A stretch of DNA of 61,359 nt, filler included, from Asterionella formosa (taxonomy: Eukaryota): assembly GCA_002256025.1 (NCBI GenBank). It is 6 parts of 6 records of this genome, joined end to end, with 100 filler letters (N's around TTAATTAATTAA, not from the genome) between each part and the next. Parts side by side here need not be neighbours in the genome. Positions count along the whole stretch, not along the records: positions 30,787 to 40,926 come from NKIB01009835.1; positions 41,027 to 51,145 come from NKIB01009854.1; 4 more parts are not named here. One strand, 5' to 3'. A program made the position numbers and the translations under genes. This document shows positions 36,646 through 48,746 of the stretch, one piece after another (position 1 is the first letter of the stretch; the number at the start of each line of letters is the position of its first letter). A model generated the notes under the pieces. It was not told the DNA's origin and did not search any database. It saw nothing but the letters and a program-made list of their open reading frames with translations.

Positions 36646-39600
36646 AGCCTTTTCTAGCTAGGTTCACTTGAGTTCTATTCTATTGAGATGATATCGGTTC
36701 ATGACTTGTTTCATCAAGTACGATGATTATTTCGGATTACAAAAATCTAAATTTCTGACTTGCAAATGGAAGAAATAATTCATAAATGCCGTTAATGACT
36801 TCCAAAATTGAATCACTAGTTTTCTTGTCATAAAAATACTTAATTCCTTATTGCTACTTATTTAAATTATAAATTTTAGTCAAGATTGTTGATTTATCTT
36901 CAAAGAATCACAATTTTCAATCAAAATCTTTATGTCATTAAAAATATGAAATGGAGCCTCCTCTCCAATGTTACTTGTTATGGCTGCAATTTGACTTATG
37001 CATCTGGTTGTTGCTTTCATCATACATCTTAATTATTTGAGCAAAAATGTCTTGATAATGATAAACCGTTTTCTTCAAAGAAGCAATTATCTTTCCCAAA
37101 AGATTACATTTAATCAACTCCGTTCCATCCTAAACAACAACATCATGTGAAGCAGCTTCTCGCTCCTTGCCAATTTCTACCGTTGTAATAGTAGGCTTGG
37201 AATGGACTGTGAGATTGATGCAAAAAGAATGAACTCAGTAGCATTTATGTTACACACAGTTTATTTTTTGTTGCACCTTGTAGGCTGAACATTTCTCCAT
37301 TGCAACATGATGTCATTTTGAGGATGATAAGGAACAAAACTAACAGTACATAAAGCTAAGACGCCGTTAAATGCACTTTTTCGAAATTATGTCTAAAGCG
37401 ACGTATTTATGCTACTTTTTCCGTAATTTATTCGGTTCAAACAAAAATTCATTTCAAATTTATTTCACTTATCGAATAAATATGTGATCACTCCGATAAC
37501 TTTGTGTGTTTGAGACAATGCATATATGTTCACCAAATAGCTGCCATCAAAACAGTATAATGGCCAAATTATGCTGCTCCACTGCAATATTATGTTGCTT
37601 TCACTCTATAATGAAAGAAAGAGTCTCTAATTCCGATTCACTTATTTTCCGCTCTGACATATTTCTTTGATCTGAACTGTCAATGAAAAAAATATGATAT
37701 CCAAGAGGAGCAAGATTCTCACACTAGAATTAAGCACACGTAGGAGTTGTAGATACATTAAAGCACATTGTTTTATCATTGTTGATTGTATAGTTTACAA
37801 TAGCCAGCCAGACAATAAGAAAAGCATTTTTGATCTTCGTTGAGCATCATTTAGCATTGCATGTCGTCGTAGTGACGACTCAAAATTGAGATGTGCCGCA
37901 ATAGCCTTCTTCTTATCGGAGCGGCTACAAATAGTCAACAATGATAACTCTAGCAAGAACAATATAGAGAAAAGGAACAAAGGAATGTATTAGCCAATTT
38001 TAAATGTTCTATTTTATTTATAGGAAGAAGATATTTCTTCCCACAACCATTATCTTCAGATGATACCACCACATAACAGTCTAGGGTTAGTGTTAGGCCA
38101 TTGCTTACCACGCCCAAAAATTACTCAAGACGCATGATTCTCCCGAAAACATTCTTTCTTGTTTGTCGTTCCTTGCCACGTCGGAAACTTAGAGTTTTTT
38201 GGGTTTTGATTTCCCAAAACTCAAAGTATTTTCAGTCCTCACGTGGGGAAAATCGTCGATTTTCCCGACGCTGACGATTATGGACTCAGCTGATAGCGCA
38301 CCCCACAAGCATCAACTCATGCTTCCTCTTAAGGAATTTGGAGCAATCGTCTGGAATCGGCAAGAAAAGAAAGGGAAGGTTTCTTTGGCATTCTTAAGAA
38401 GAGGTTCATGATCCTCACGAATCCAATGCGACTACATAACTGTAAGAAAATTAGGAATGCTATTATTACTTGCTGCTGTATTTACAATATTTTGGTTTTA
38501 TAGTATCATGGTTATGATGACTAGAAAGATTTGATTGGCGATGATGATGTTGAAGATGCAGTTGATGGAGTGAATGATGAAGATGGTCTCCCAAGAGGAG
38601 CAAATGAGGTTGGATCTGATGAATACACAAGACATCGCTCAGCATCGTAGGGTTCAAGCTTTAGAAAACAATAATACAGAGGTTGCTGGTGGCAATGATT
38701 TTGATGTTGATAATGTGGAGGGCACTATTGATGCTCCAACTGCAAGAGAAAAGTAAGCATATATAAATAGGAGAGTTATTTTTGTTCATCATTATAGTCA
38801 GGCCATCGAAAGAAATGAAATTGTCTGGAGCTATTGTTCGTGTTATAATGGGATTATGACGAAATTCCCTGAATGCCACAGCTTGCATCATTGATGCCAG
38901 ACGCATTTCTGTTCTCTTTCTTCATACAGTTTCTGGTTTTAGAAAATTGACTTGTTCTTGATAAACACACAAACATGCGGAAGGACTCCTTTTAATAGCA
39001 GCTTCATCAGAATCTAGCGTTTCATTACTCATCAACTTATAGTGTGGTTGTCATTGATTGATAAACTGAAACTTTAGGTCCCTGAATACAGCCCAAATAA
39101 TTTATCCTTGCGGCATCGTCAAAGAGGTGGAGTTTTGCGTAAAGCAAAGATTAGTGAACCACTGCCTGCATGGATTCTATGCTGGCTGACATTTAATCCA
39201 GATTCTTCTTGATTTGATTCTTCTAAGGGCTTGAATGCTGCTGTCACTCTCTGGTGGAACTCTGTTTTTATTTGCTTGCAGATGTCCTCCAAGTTGGTCA
39301 CTTTGTGAAATGAAATTGAAACAACACACTCGAAAATAATCTGAGACGAAAAAATTTGATGAACTTTTTTCTCTGTTGCTCATTGAGAAGTTTGTTGTAT
39401 GCTTCGACCGATTTGACCTGAAAGCCTCACTGGAGTAGCAAGTACTTCTATTGGTTCCTGGATTGGCTTTTGATGATATTATGTGAGGTAATTTATAAAA
39501 ATGTAAATGACAATGGCAGCAAATGCACAAAAATTATTGGGGTGCCAATTACACTTACTGGTGTTGATGCCATAATCTGTACTAGAGTAGCTGTATCAGG

Positions 39601-40649
39601 ATCCATGGGCGCGCCAGAATGTTAATAAATCAAGAAGTCAACATAGAAAGGATCCAAAAGGTTGGTTGTTGATGATAAAACCATCAATGCAAGACTCTGT
39701 CTACGAGAATGTTTTTGCACGCACAATTCAGATTCCAATATTTTGGCAACTGGTGTTGAAAACGCCAATCGGGTCGACTTTTTGGAGGAGGATTGCTCTA
39801 CATCTAAGGGGTTTCATGAAGAATAAAATAGATAGCCGTGTACCCTATAAGCAACGTCAAGAGTTTACTTCTCGAAAGAAGTGGCAGTTATCCCTCGACA
39901 ATTTTTTAACAAGCTTTGTAGCCCCTTTTTTTAATAGTAACGATTCCAAGAGGGATAACTGCTACCGGTACTTCTCTCCAGAAATGAGGTCCTTACCAAA
40001 TATATATGAATATAGATCATGCCCCTAAGTCGAGCAATGACTGTATCTAAGCATATGCAAAGTCGTCATATTGCTGAAAGCTAATTTTTCCTTGAACTAT
40101 TTTACTTACTAGGCTCGCTCTGATAATAAAAAATTATTATATCATGTGTATTATAACACAAATCGTTGTACCCATAACCCCAAAATTTGTGTTTGTGTTG
40201 ACCAAATTTTTTACAGTGATAAATAACAGTGCATTATTTAAAAAGATGTTTAGACATGAATGACTGTATAGAATTTCCAGGAATATTTCAAGACTTGCTT
40301 GCTCATTCTCAAAATGGCTTGCTCTTGCCAAAAAAGGTATGCATATACATATGCATATCGATACATATCAATCAACCTCCTCAATAAATCGATCGTCATC
40401 GCTTTTAGATTTCGGCCATGTCTTCATCTTCTTCTGGTCAAAGGAGAGTAGCCAGGGAGGGCTTCCCTTCCTCTTCAAGGCTGCTTGAACGTCGCCGTCA
40501 CCAGCAACAAGAAAAACAACAGGCTCAACCAGAAGAAGAGGAGGACGACGACGACGAGAATGAAGATGACACTGGTGCTGATGAGTTTGTCAGTGATGAT
40601 GAGGACAGTAGGATAGGTGTCCCAGGTGTTTCTCACATTGGTGTTTCTG

Positions 40650-40926
40650 GAAGTGGGTATTTCTGATTGATCATGGTTGCAAACAAGGTGTCTTCGTCTG
40701 CAGTAGGCAGTCTCGCAACAGCATCTTCATGTGTCAGCAGTACTTTTACAATCATTTGCCTTGAAAACCTCAACCAAACACTCAAAGAACCATGAGTTGA
40801 TCCGAAAATAATCTGAAGAATCATATAGGAACCACGAGTCCTGGTCCATGCTAACCCAAGCGCTAGACAACTGATGGAACAGAGGTATCTTTGCCGACCT
40901 TTCTTTGTTGTTGAATTTCTAACAAT
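40650..40926 (-). pseudogene. PIF/Harbinger-like transposase fragment
   Basis: LGLAWTRTRGSYMILQIIFGSTHGSLSVWLRFSRQMIVKVL..RLPT..KYP, nearly the same peptide as at 45830-45950. Confidence 0.6.
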
Positions 40927-41180
40927 NNNNNNNNNNNNNNNNNNNNNNNNNNNNNNNNNNNNNNNNNNNNTTAATTAATTAANNNNNNNNNNNNNNNNNN
41001 NNNNNNNNNNNNNNNNNNNNNNNNNNTCATCACTTCACATGCATGATCTGGATTTCACTTGTCATTGCACTTTTCTTCATTGCCTTTTCTATGCATATAC
41101 AGTACACCGGTATATACTATTACACATTCTGTAACTGATGTAACTTGTACCCCCAACACTTCCATCATCTTCATCGCCCC

Positions 41181-42665
41181 ATGTCGTCCTTTGATCACCG
41201 TCTCCCCGACTCTCGTCTCGGACAATCTCATGACTCGCTATCAGCTTATCAACAAGAAGTTCAATTCAGCCCTTCTGAATCGAAGGAGTACTCACTTATC
41301 ATGGTTACTGAACCAAGAATGAAGCGCATCTTACTAGGTCGGAAGCACAGGGGATTTGGAACGGGCTTTATGAATTCCTTCGGTGGAAAGGCGGAACCCA
41401 ACGAGACACTTATCGATTGTGCTGTACGAGAGCTAGAAGAAGAGACTGGTATTCAAGTGCAAGTACATGACCTACGTAAGACTGCTACTTTACACTTTAC
41501 GTTTGACGACAGTCCGACCGAGATGGTGGTGTATGTATATCGACTCGACGTGGATTGTTCGAATGATAAGGAGGATACTACTGTCCACACACATTTCAAA
41601 CTAGATCCTTCGATCATTCGTGGGTGCGAGGAAATTACACCAGAATGGATTGAAAACTGGTATCAGATTCCACTTGATGAAATGTTTGCCGACGACTCCC
41701 TCTGGCTCACAACAGTCCTTGCAGCAAGTCCCGAACCACTCTATATCGAGGGGTATTTTCACTTTGAGCCAGGTGGTCAGGAAACTAACTCTATCAGGCA
41801 TTATTGGATGGACGTTAGAAAAAAGGAGCGATCGCTGGAGGAACGCCTGTTTCATGAATTGCACGCCAGAAAAGTCCATTCGCCATCGATCAAAGAATTT
41901 AAAGAAGTATACGCATTTACCAATGCAACGAGAGCTTTCCTAGGAAGCGAATTTGACATTGTGCTTGATGTGGCGGGTGGACAAGGGGCTCTTGCAGCTT
42001 TGCTACTTCTCACAACGACTGCAGTTGAAGCAGTTGTTATTGATCCTGCAGACGTTGGCAAGGGAAGCGTACAGCGAGCATGGGGGAAATTTCTGCACAA
42101 CAAGATTCTACGCTATCGACATGCATGTTTGCGTGAAGGATTACCAAAGGAATTGAATAATGCATTGACAAAAACCGATAAGAGTCGGATTCTGGTCGTA
42201 GCTTGTCATGCATGCCAACACTTGTCAGATGAAGTTTTGGAGATTTCTGTACATCATGGGGTCGCAGTTGCCGTAATGCCATGTTGTCAAAACGATCTTA
42301 CTCATGGGTTATCTTGGAAACAGACAAGCAAGAACTTGGGAATTCCATTCGCCAAGGTCATGGATGTATTGCTTGCCGGCAAGTGTATGTCATGGGGCGT
42401 GCCCTATGATGTTCGAATAAAAGCAATTCAGGACAGCATAACACCACAAAATCGAATCATCCTTTGTCGACCCGATGCGAATTTTTCATCTCAGGATGCA
42501 GTCAACCGTGCTCATGAACGTCTTAAGCGAGCTTATAGACGAGCACACGACATGCAGAAAATCGAACGAAGAATCCAGACATGGATCAAAGTCGACCTAG
42601 TTAGTCTTGTAGTTGGTGTTGCTCTTGGAATTACAACAAGTTTTTTATTCATCAGAAGGAGATAA
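41181..42665 (+). CDS. Fusion protein: MTH1/NUDT1-like Nudix hydrolase + SAM methyltransferase (Methyltransf_32-like) + C-terminal TM helix
   Basis: ILLGRKHRGFG..NSFGGKAEPNET..AVRELEEETG (Nudix box) and MFADDSLWL. These are followed by LDVAGGQGALA, VACHACQHLSD and MPCCQ, then a hydrophobic tail LVSLVVGVALGITTSFLFIRRR. Confidence 0.85.
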   Translation: MSSFDHRLPDSRLGQSHDSLSAYQQEVQFSPSESKEYSLIMVTEPRMKRILLGRKHRGFGTGFMNSFGGKAEPNETLIDCAVRELEEETGIQVQVHDLRKTATLHFTFDDSPTEMVVYVYRLDVDCSNDKEDTTVHTHFKLDPSIIRGCEEITPEWIENWYQIPLDEMFADDSLWLTTVLAASPEPLYIEGYFHFEPGGQETNSIRHYWMDVRKKERSLEERLFHELHARKVHSPSIKEFKEVYAFTNATRAFLGSEFDIVLDVAGGQGALAALLLLTTTAVEAVVIDPADVGKGSVQRAWGKFLHNKILRYRHACLREGLPKELNNALTKTDKSRILVVACHACQHLSDEVLEISVHHGVAVAVMPCCQNDLTHGLSWKQTSKNLGIPFAKVMDVLLAGKCMSWGVPYDVRIKAIQDSITPQNRIILCRPDANFSSQDAVNRAHERLKRAYRRAHDMQKIERRIQTWIKVDLVSLVVGVALGITTSFLFIRRR

Positions 42666-42878
42666 ATTTGTGGTTGTGTTATTTGACGTCAAGCTTCGAC
42701 GTAGCATGAACAAACAGGAGGAACGACAGCATCAAATATTTCATGGGTTCGCTTTGGGCAAGGGAGACTGAGTTCAAAGATTCCAATATGATACATTATG
42801 GTTGGCCTTGACAGATATTAAGCTGATGCTTTTACTTTATCCTGTTAGACTTCAGTTATCTGTCCTGTCATCATCACC

Positions 42879-44630
42879 TTACCAGAAAAAGTCAACCAAC
42901 GATGGGCCTTTAGACCGATCACCTCCACCAAGAAAAGTTCTAGCACCTGAAATGACTGACTTGCCAAATGCAACATGAGATTCATCCGCTGACAATGGGA
43001 GTGTGCCTTCGTTAAGGGGCCGCCTCATAATCACGTTCACTGCTTCGATTCCAGTTACAAACGCCTTTTCTTGACTCCACGAGCCATGCCGGGATCTGAC
43101 AATATCACCGGCGAAGTAGAGATTCCTCACAGAGCTCGATTTGGTGTCTGGCATGTCTTTGTAGGACCCAGGAAAGTACCAATTGACTCCGTTTGGTAAT
43201 CTAACCAGCGCTGCGTCTACCACGCTTGCGGATCGGCATTCGGGACCTAGGAGAATATCGAGGTCACTTTTTACTTTTGCAATCAAATCTTCATCATTCA
43301 GAAGGATCAACTCCGATGAATGATAGTAGTCCACTTCAATTATAGCTCCTTCAGCATTCTTCACCGAAGGAGCATCGTTACCATGTAGTGCCCTAATGTC
43401 AAACATGGTCATTCCGATGCCCCTGTCAAAACCCCAGCAAGCATTTGCTGAGTATGGCACAGTCAAGTTCTTATCGAGAAACAACCTCGTAGCCAATACG
43501 CTAGTTCCCCTTAGGTTAGCAAAACGTCGCAAATCTTTGTATTTTGCTAGTTGCGGACTGAATTTCACAAGTGTGCTCAATGCGTTGGCTCCAACTGCAA
43601 GGATAACCTCATCCACTTCTAAATCAATCGTTTCACCACTTTCCGACTTGCATGTTATTTGAGAAATACGATCACTGGTTTCATCAATAGAAAAGCCATC
43701 AACTCTCGTCGAAGTTCGAAAGTTCACACCAGCCCCTTCCATTGCCTTGACCCACGGATCAAAAATTACCTCTCCAATATTTCCCCGGCACCACTGAACG
43801 TCAAAGGCAGTCTGCGATTGTAAAACGAAAAAATAGGCCATACCCAAAGCCGCAGCAGCACTGCATTCTGCTCCTGGTGCGAAGAGTCCTGTCAAGATCA
43901 TTGGCTCAAAGGCTTCATCGTAACATTTCTTGGAGACACCCAATTTGACGCACAGGTCTCGAAATGAAATCGAATCATAACGATCCCAAGATTCGAACGA
44001 GTCGTCAAACTCAGAAAATGCCAGAACGAGAGGAAGAGCTGTCATTCGATCAAAAAGACTGAGGTTCTCAAATCGGGTATATAACGCTTGTCCCAATCCT
44101 GTCGGTAGCCTCAAAGGTTGTTCTCGAAAGACAGGCCACACTGCTTCCAAACCCCTCGGTGAATATTGTCCTTGTTCCGAAAACGGTGACAAGGCTTGGT
44201 CCATGTCAAAGCCTGGAATTTCTTCTCGTAACAGGCGAAAAATATTATGGTAATTTTGCCAGAATCCATGCTGACCAGCTTCGGCTTTGTATTTTCCAGA
44301 CGTGGACTTGAATCCATCTCGAACTAACCCGCCCACTCGAGAAGAGGCTTCGATGAGGATTACCTCAATGTTTTCTTCTTTAGAAAGCGCATGTGCAGCT
44401 GACAAGCCTCCCCATCCAGCTCCCACAATCGCTACTCGGCGTTTTGGGGTGGATTCGCCTTGTGGCAATATCGAAGCAACGTCGTTCAACGACGTCGAAG
44501 GTGCTCTATTACTAGTGGGACGGGAACGTGATGGCGACGAGAATGAATGTGCTACCGGTAATGAAAATGGTGATGTTAATGTGCACAACACCTGCTGAAG
44601 CATCAGTATCAAGATAGCTTTTGGAATCAT
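42879..44630 (-). CDS. FAD-dependent amine-oxidase-family oxidoreductase (PDS/ZDS-like), predicted plastid presequence
   Basis: VAIVGAGWGGLSAA Rossmann motif, RVGGL, EAGQHGFW and NLYFAGD...HGSWSQEKAFVTG. Hydrophobic leader followed by a Ser-rich transit-like region. Confidence 0.85.
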   Translation of the reverse strand: MIPKAILILMLQQVLCTLTSPFSLPVAHSFSSPSRSRPTSNRAPSTSLNDVASILPQGESTPKRRVAIVGAGWGGLSAAHALSKEENIEVILIEASSRVGGLVRDGFKSTSGKYKAEAGQHGFWQNYHNIFRLLREEIPGFDMDQALSPFSEQGQYSPRGLEAVWPVFREQPLRLPTGLGQALYTRFENLSLFDRMTALPLVLAFSEFDDSFESWDRYDSISFRDLCVKLGVSKKCYDEAFEPMILTGLFAPGAECSAAAALGMAYFFVLQSQTAFDVQWCRGNIGEVIFDPWVKAMEGAGVNFRTSTRVDGFSIDETSDRISQITCKSESGETIDLEVDEVILAVGANALSTLVKFSPQLAKYKDLRRFANLRGTSVLATRLFLDKNLTVPYSANACWGFDRGIGMTMFDIRALHGNDAPSVKNAEGAIIEVDYYHSSELILLNDEDLIAKVKSDLDILLGPECRSASVVDAALVRLPNGVNWYFPGSYKDMPDTKSSSVRNLYFAGDIVRSRHGSWSQEKAFVTGIEAVNVIMRRPLNEGTLPLSADESHVAFGKSVISGARTFLGGGDRSKGPSLVDFFW

Positions 44631-44695
44631 TCTGAAAAGCGTTTTGTGTGGCACTTATTATGATGTTTCCAGATGATACTGTACACCCCTAACAT

Positions 44696-45278
44696 TGTTG
44701 GAAAATGGCAACCTGATGACCGTGGGACAGAAACTCCGGGTACCGACACTGGCGCACTATTGACGAGGAGAGAAGATTCGACAGTAACTTGGTCTGAGGT
44801 GGTGCATAGAGGTGGCACCAACCACACAGAAGTTAGTCAGACTGGTTTGAGATCATTATCTCGAAACAATCCAGTCAATCAGAACAAAGTTTGATCCAAC
44901 TTTCTTACTATCAACTCAATCAACTACACCTGATTCGTGAGACAATAGATTCAGGGCCTATGGTATGTTGAGGAGAGTAGATTTCTTTGCAACAGCATTG
45001 TTTCAAGATGAAAAAGTAGAAAAAAGAAAAACAAAACTTAAATAAAGGAGCAGAATGAGCAGTGCCAGTGAAGTTGCACAGAGTGCCATTGCAGCGCCAC
45101 CAAGCAGCACCGCTGGATTGCAGCGAACCAACAGCAGCAGAGGAGGCGAAATGGGACGACGAGGAGGATGCGGAGGCCGCAGACCAGGACCAGCATGCAC
45201 CAACTTCCGCAGCACCACCAATGACATGAATGGCCAAGTTTTTGAGTGCTACGAAGAAAAGAGTGACCGTCGTCAACT
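44696..45278 (+). mobile_element. 5' LTR (44696-44994) and truncated gag start of the second Copia family
   Basis: TGTTG...CAACA homologous to 21005-21312. A following ORF at 45055 has an RGG-rich stretch and F..TTNDMNGQVFECYEE.SDRRQ, typical of CoDi gag N-termini. Confidence 0.8.
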
Positions 45279-45438
45279 ACTCGAGTTTTTTGAGATTACT
45301 TGTCTGACAGTACATAACTATAAATTTGACTATAATTTATTCATAGCAATGCCTCCTCTGGTGTGGTGGTGATATGCCTCCTCTTGTTCTTCATTATAGA
45401 TGAGAGTTTCATAATTTCACCATTGTCTGACACTGACC

Positions 45439-45952
45439 ATGGCGGCTTTCCTCTTATCTCATGATGACAACAATAATGATATGATCATCACATTACTACT
45501 GCTAGTACTAGCATGTGATCTAGCAATAAACAAGACAGCATCGTTTCATGAATGTTTGACTGTTGATGAGATCAGAAGAAGAAGCAGCAAAATCTGGCAC
45601 CGCGCACTACAGCATCCATTGTCAAGTCCATTCTGGACTTTGTTCAATAGCAAGCATGATGATGCCCTCATCACATTGTGTGTGTTTGATCATGCTTCCT
45701 TCGAGCTTCTCCACCAGCGATTCAAGGCTTATTTTGATTCCTTTACTCCCTGTAAAAACGGAATTTATTGTCAGGAATTCAACAGCAAATTCCGGTGGGC
45801 CCACACTGTTGTGTTCCATCAGTTGTCTGGCAGTTGGGCTTGCATGGACTAGAACTCGTGGATCCTATACGATTCTTCAGATCATTTTCGGCTTAACTCA
45901 TGGTTCCTTGAGCATTTGGTAGCGATTCTCAAGGCGGATGATTGTCAAAGAA
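45439..45952 (+). pseudogene. PIF/Harbinger-like transposase N-terminal remnant
   Basis: RRRSSKIWHRALQHP..SPFWTLF.S.HDDALITLC.FD..SF..L, then a frameshift to GLAWTRTRGSYTILQIIFGLTHGSLSIW*. Paralogous to 40650-40926. Confidence 0.6.
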
Positions 45953-46998
45953 TGACAATTTTACAGATTTTAAATCTTACAAAAACAACTGGCTTTAAGA
46001 AGAAATCCGCCTAAGGATTAATCTCATTTTCTTCACATTGTGTTTTTTTCACCAACACAAATTGCCATTGGCAGCACTGAAATCATTGCCCCAAGTCATG
46101 ACTTTTGTCAATGCTCTTGCTTGTGTGAGCTTTGAATCATGGAAAGTTGACATAAATCGAATTTGATTTTTTGATTGATTTGTCTGCCATTTCCAAATCT
46201 TATTACAGTCTCCTTTTAAATTGGTACTCATTGTAATGCTGATAGATTCTAACCAAAACTCGAAATGTATGATGTGACATTGTTGTTCAAAAACAAGTTA
46301 ATGAAAATCATCATATAGTTTTTCTACTTGAACTGTCAATAGGCCCAAATACAAGCTTCTCCAAATACTAGTACTGACAGTTTGTACAGTGTTTTCTACA
46401 GCTTGCTCAAAGACCTAGCTAGAGTCTAAGGACCGAGCTCATGCCCACAGAAGTAACTAAGTAACTATAACCCCTTCAAATAACAGCCATTGTTGAATCC
46501 CACTGAAGAAGAGCTAATCTGATAAACTAATCCTTGAGATCTAATTTTTGTGGCCAAGATAATCACCTTTTGCAAAAGGTGGTGGGGGACTCACCTATGC
46601 TATCAAAGTAAGGGAAGCACAGGTATTGTTGGCAGGTAGCAAAATGAATACTTGCCTAGAAATAGGGGAGTACGAATGGGCTATGATAGCAGATGATCAT
46701 TGTATACAAGTCATCAACAAACCCACTTCTGTACTTAATGCATACTGGTACTAGGTACTACTACCTCTGAACTGCCCACTAAAACTGAATGGCAGTCGTT
46801 GCTCATGTCTTTTTTGTCATGTGTGTACCAGTGCTTTGTATGATATTGCTACGGTAGGCAGTAGCATAGTCAGTACCAGGTACGACTCCGATTGGCCTTC
46901 ATCTCCATCATTTCATACATTGTAGCTATGCCGGTATGCTATAAATGGACTTCTCAACCACCTATGCATGTACCAGTCTAGCACTAGTCCAATGATGA

Positions 46999-47000
<2 letters not shown>

Positions 47001-47027
<27 letters not shown>
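47001..47027. repeat. (TA)13 microsatellite
   Basis: Directly visible. Confidence 0.95.
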
Positions 47028-47029
<2 letters not shown>

Positions 47030-48746
47030 AAGAGTTCTGTTTCTCTTTATATACAGTACATACCCTGATACCAGCAAATTGCGGTCATTGTTTTGCCAAA
47101 TCGGAAACACGGCGCTGGCAGGAACTGGTGCTCAAATTCGACTCCCTGGGTAATAATATCTAGACGAGCTGGCCAATTTATTCCATTTTTATCAAAATCT
47201 AATTTTGAAGAATGATTTTCTGAAAAAAGCCAGTTTCCAAGTGAACCTTGCTACGATTGGGGTCCCCCTCCAAATCACAGATCTGAGTGTCAAGATTCCT
47301 TTTTCCAGAAATCTCCTCGTTCACTAGCTAGTTCATGCATTTCATACTACCAGTATAAATGTAAAGAAGTGAGAATGGCTCTGGTACAAAGCTATTCATT
47401 TTATGAACATCCTGCTACACAACATGCATATTCTATATACAAGTAGATATTTATACAATCATAAATCAAACATGAGAAATTTCCCATTACCATCACAACA
47501 GACTTTGATACAATTATTTTTTAATTTTCAATTTTATACAGCTGCCTAACACTTTTATTAGTTTCTTAGATAGAATACAAGTCTTGTTCTTGCTAGCAAG
47601 TAGTGAAACAATTGTTGACATAGTTTTGATATTTATTGCAAAATAGCTAAAATTGGTGGGTTTTTGGATTGGGGGAATGAGTTGGACAAATAGTTCCTGC
47701 CAAATCGAATTCTAGCACAATAGTATTCTAAAAATCATCCCACGAAGGACAGGTTGCCGTTATCTGAGCTACGGTACCCTGGTAGCCAGATTAAAGAATA
47801 TAAAATATTTTAGAATTGGATCATTAGGCGTGAATGTACGAAATGTCCAAATCGTCATTTCGGCACAATTTTTCTGCAACTTGCAGAGGGTTCACAGTAA
47901 TGACAGGGGACCATTGCTGTAATAACGATAGAGGTCCCCCCCAACATGGTACCAGGTACTGTAGGTATGTCGCCTAATATGCACTACCCGTTACTCGAAG
48001 TACATCATAGGATCCCATGAATTTCCCTGCGGTGAAATGTGTACAAAAACCGTAAATCTGCACGTGCGCGGTTGTTAAACATCACTATACACCTCTTCAT
48101 AACCGTNNNNNNNNNNNNNNNNNNNNNNNNNNNNNNNNNNNNNNNNNNNNNNNNNNNNNNNNNNNNNNNNNNNNNNNNNNNNNNNNNNNNNNNNNNNNNN
48201 NNNNNNNNNNNNNNNNNNNNNNNNNNNNNNNNNNNNNNNNNNNNNNNNNNNNNNNNNNNNNNNNNNNNNNNNNNNNNNNNNNNNNNNNNNNNNNNNNNNN
48301 NNNNNNNNNNNNNNNNNNNNNNNNNNNNNNNNNNNNNNNNNNNNNNNNNNNNNNNNNNNNNNNNNNNNNNNNNNNNNNNNNNNNNNNNNNNNNNNNNNNN
48401 NNNNNNNNNNNNNNNNNNNNNNNNNNNNNNNNNNNNNNNNNNNNNNNNNNNNNNNNNNNNNNNNNNNNNNNNNNNNNNNNNNNNNNNNNNNNNNNNNNNN
48501 NNNNNNNNNNNNNNNNNNNNNNNNNNNNNNNNNNNNNNNNNNNNNNNNNNNNNNNNNNNNNNNNNNNNNNNNNNNNNNNNNNNNNNNNNNNNNNNNNNNN
48601 NNNNNNNNNNNNNNNNNNNNNATCAGCTCTCATTGCACCCTCAAAATTCATTGAATGTGACAAACGTCAGCCAATTCATTGACCAACAGACCCTTCTACT
48701 CCAACATCAACGCCGCCGCAATTGCTACCTCGTAACCTGAAGCACT

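Noticed and set aside
38081..38097. Telomere-like CTAGGGTTAGTGTTAGG
   Set aside because: Fewer than three degenerate units, consistent with chance.
38770..39480. Fragmented minus-strand reading frame, possibly a decayed transposon gene
   Set aside because: No diagnostic motif I can name with confidence.
21005..44994. One LTR element spanning the two TGTTG...CAACA repeats
   Set aside because: Different scaffolds, wrong order (3' LTR first), visibly diverged and no shared TSD.
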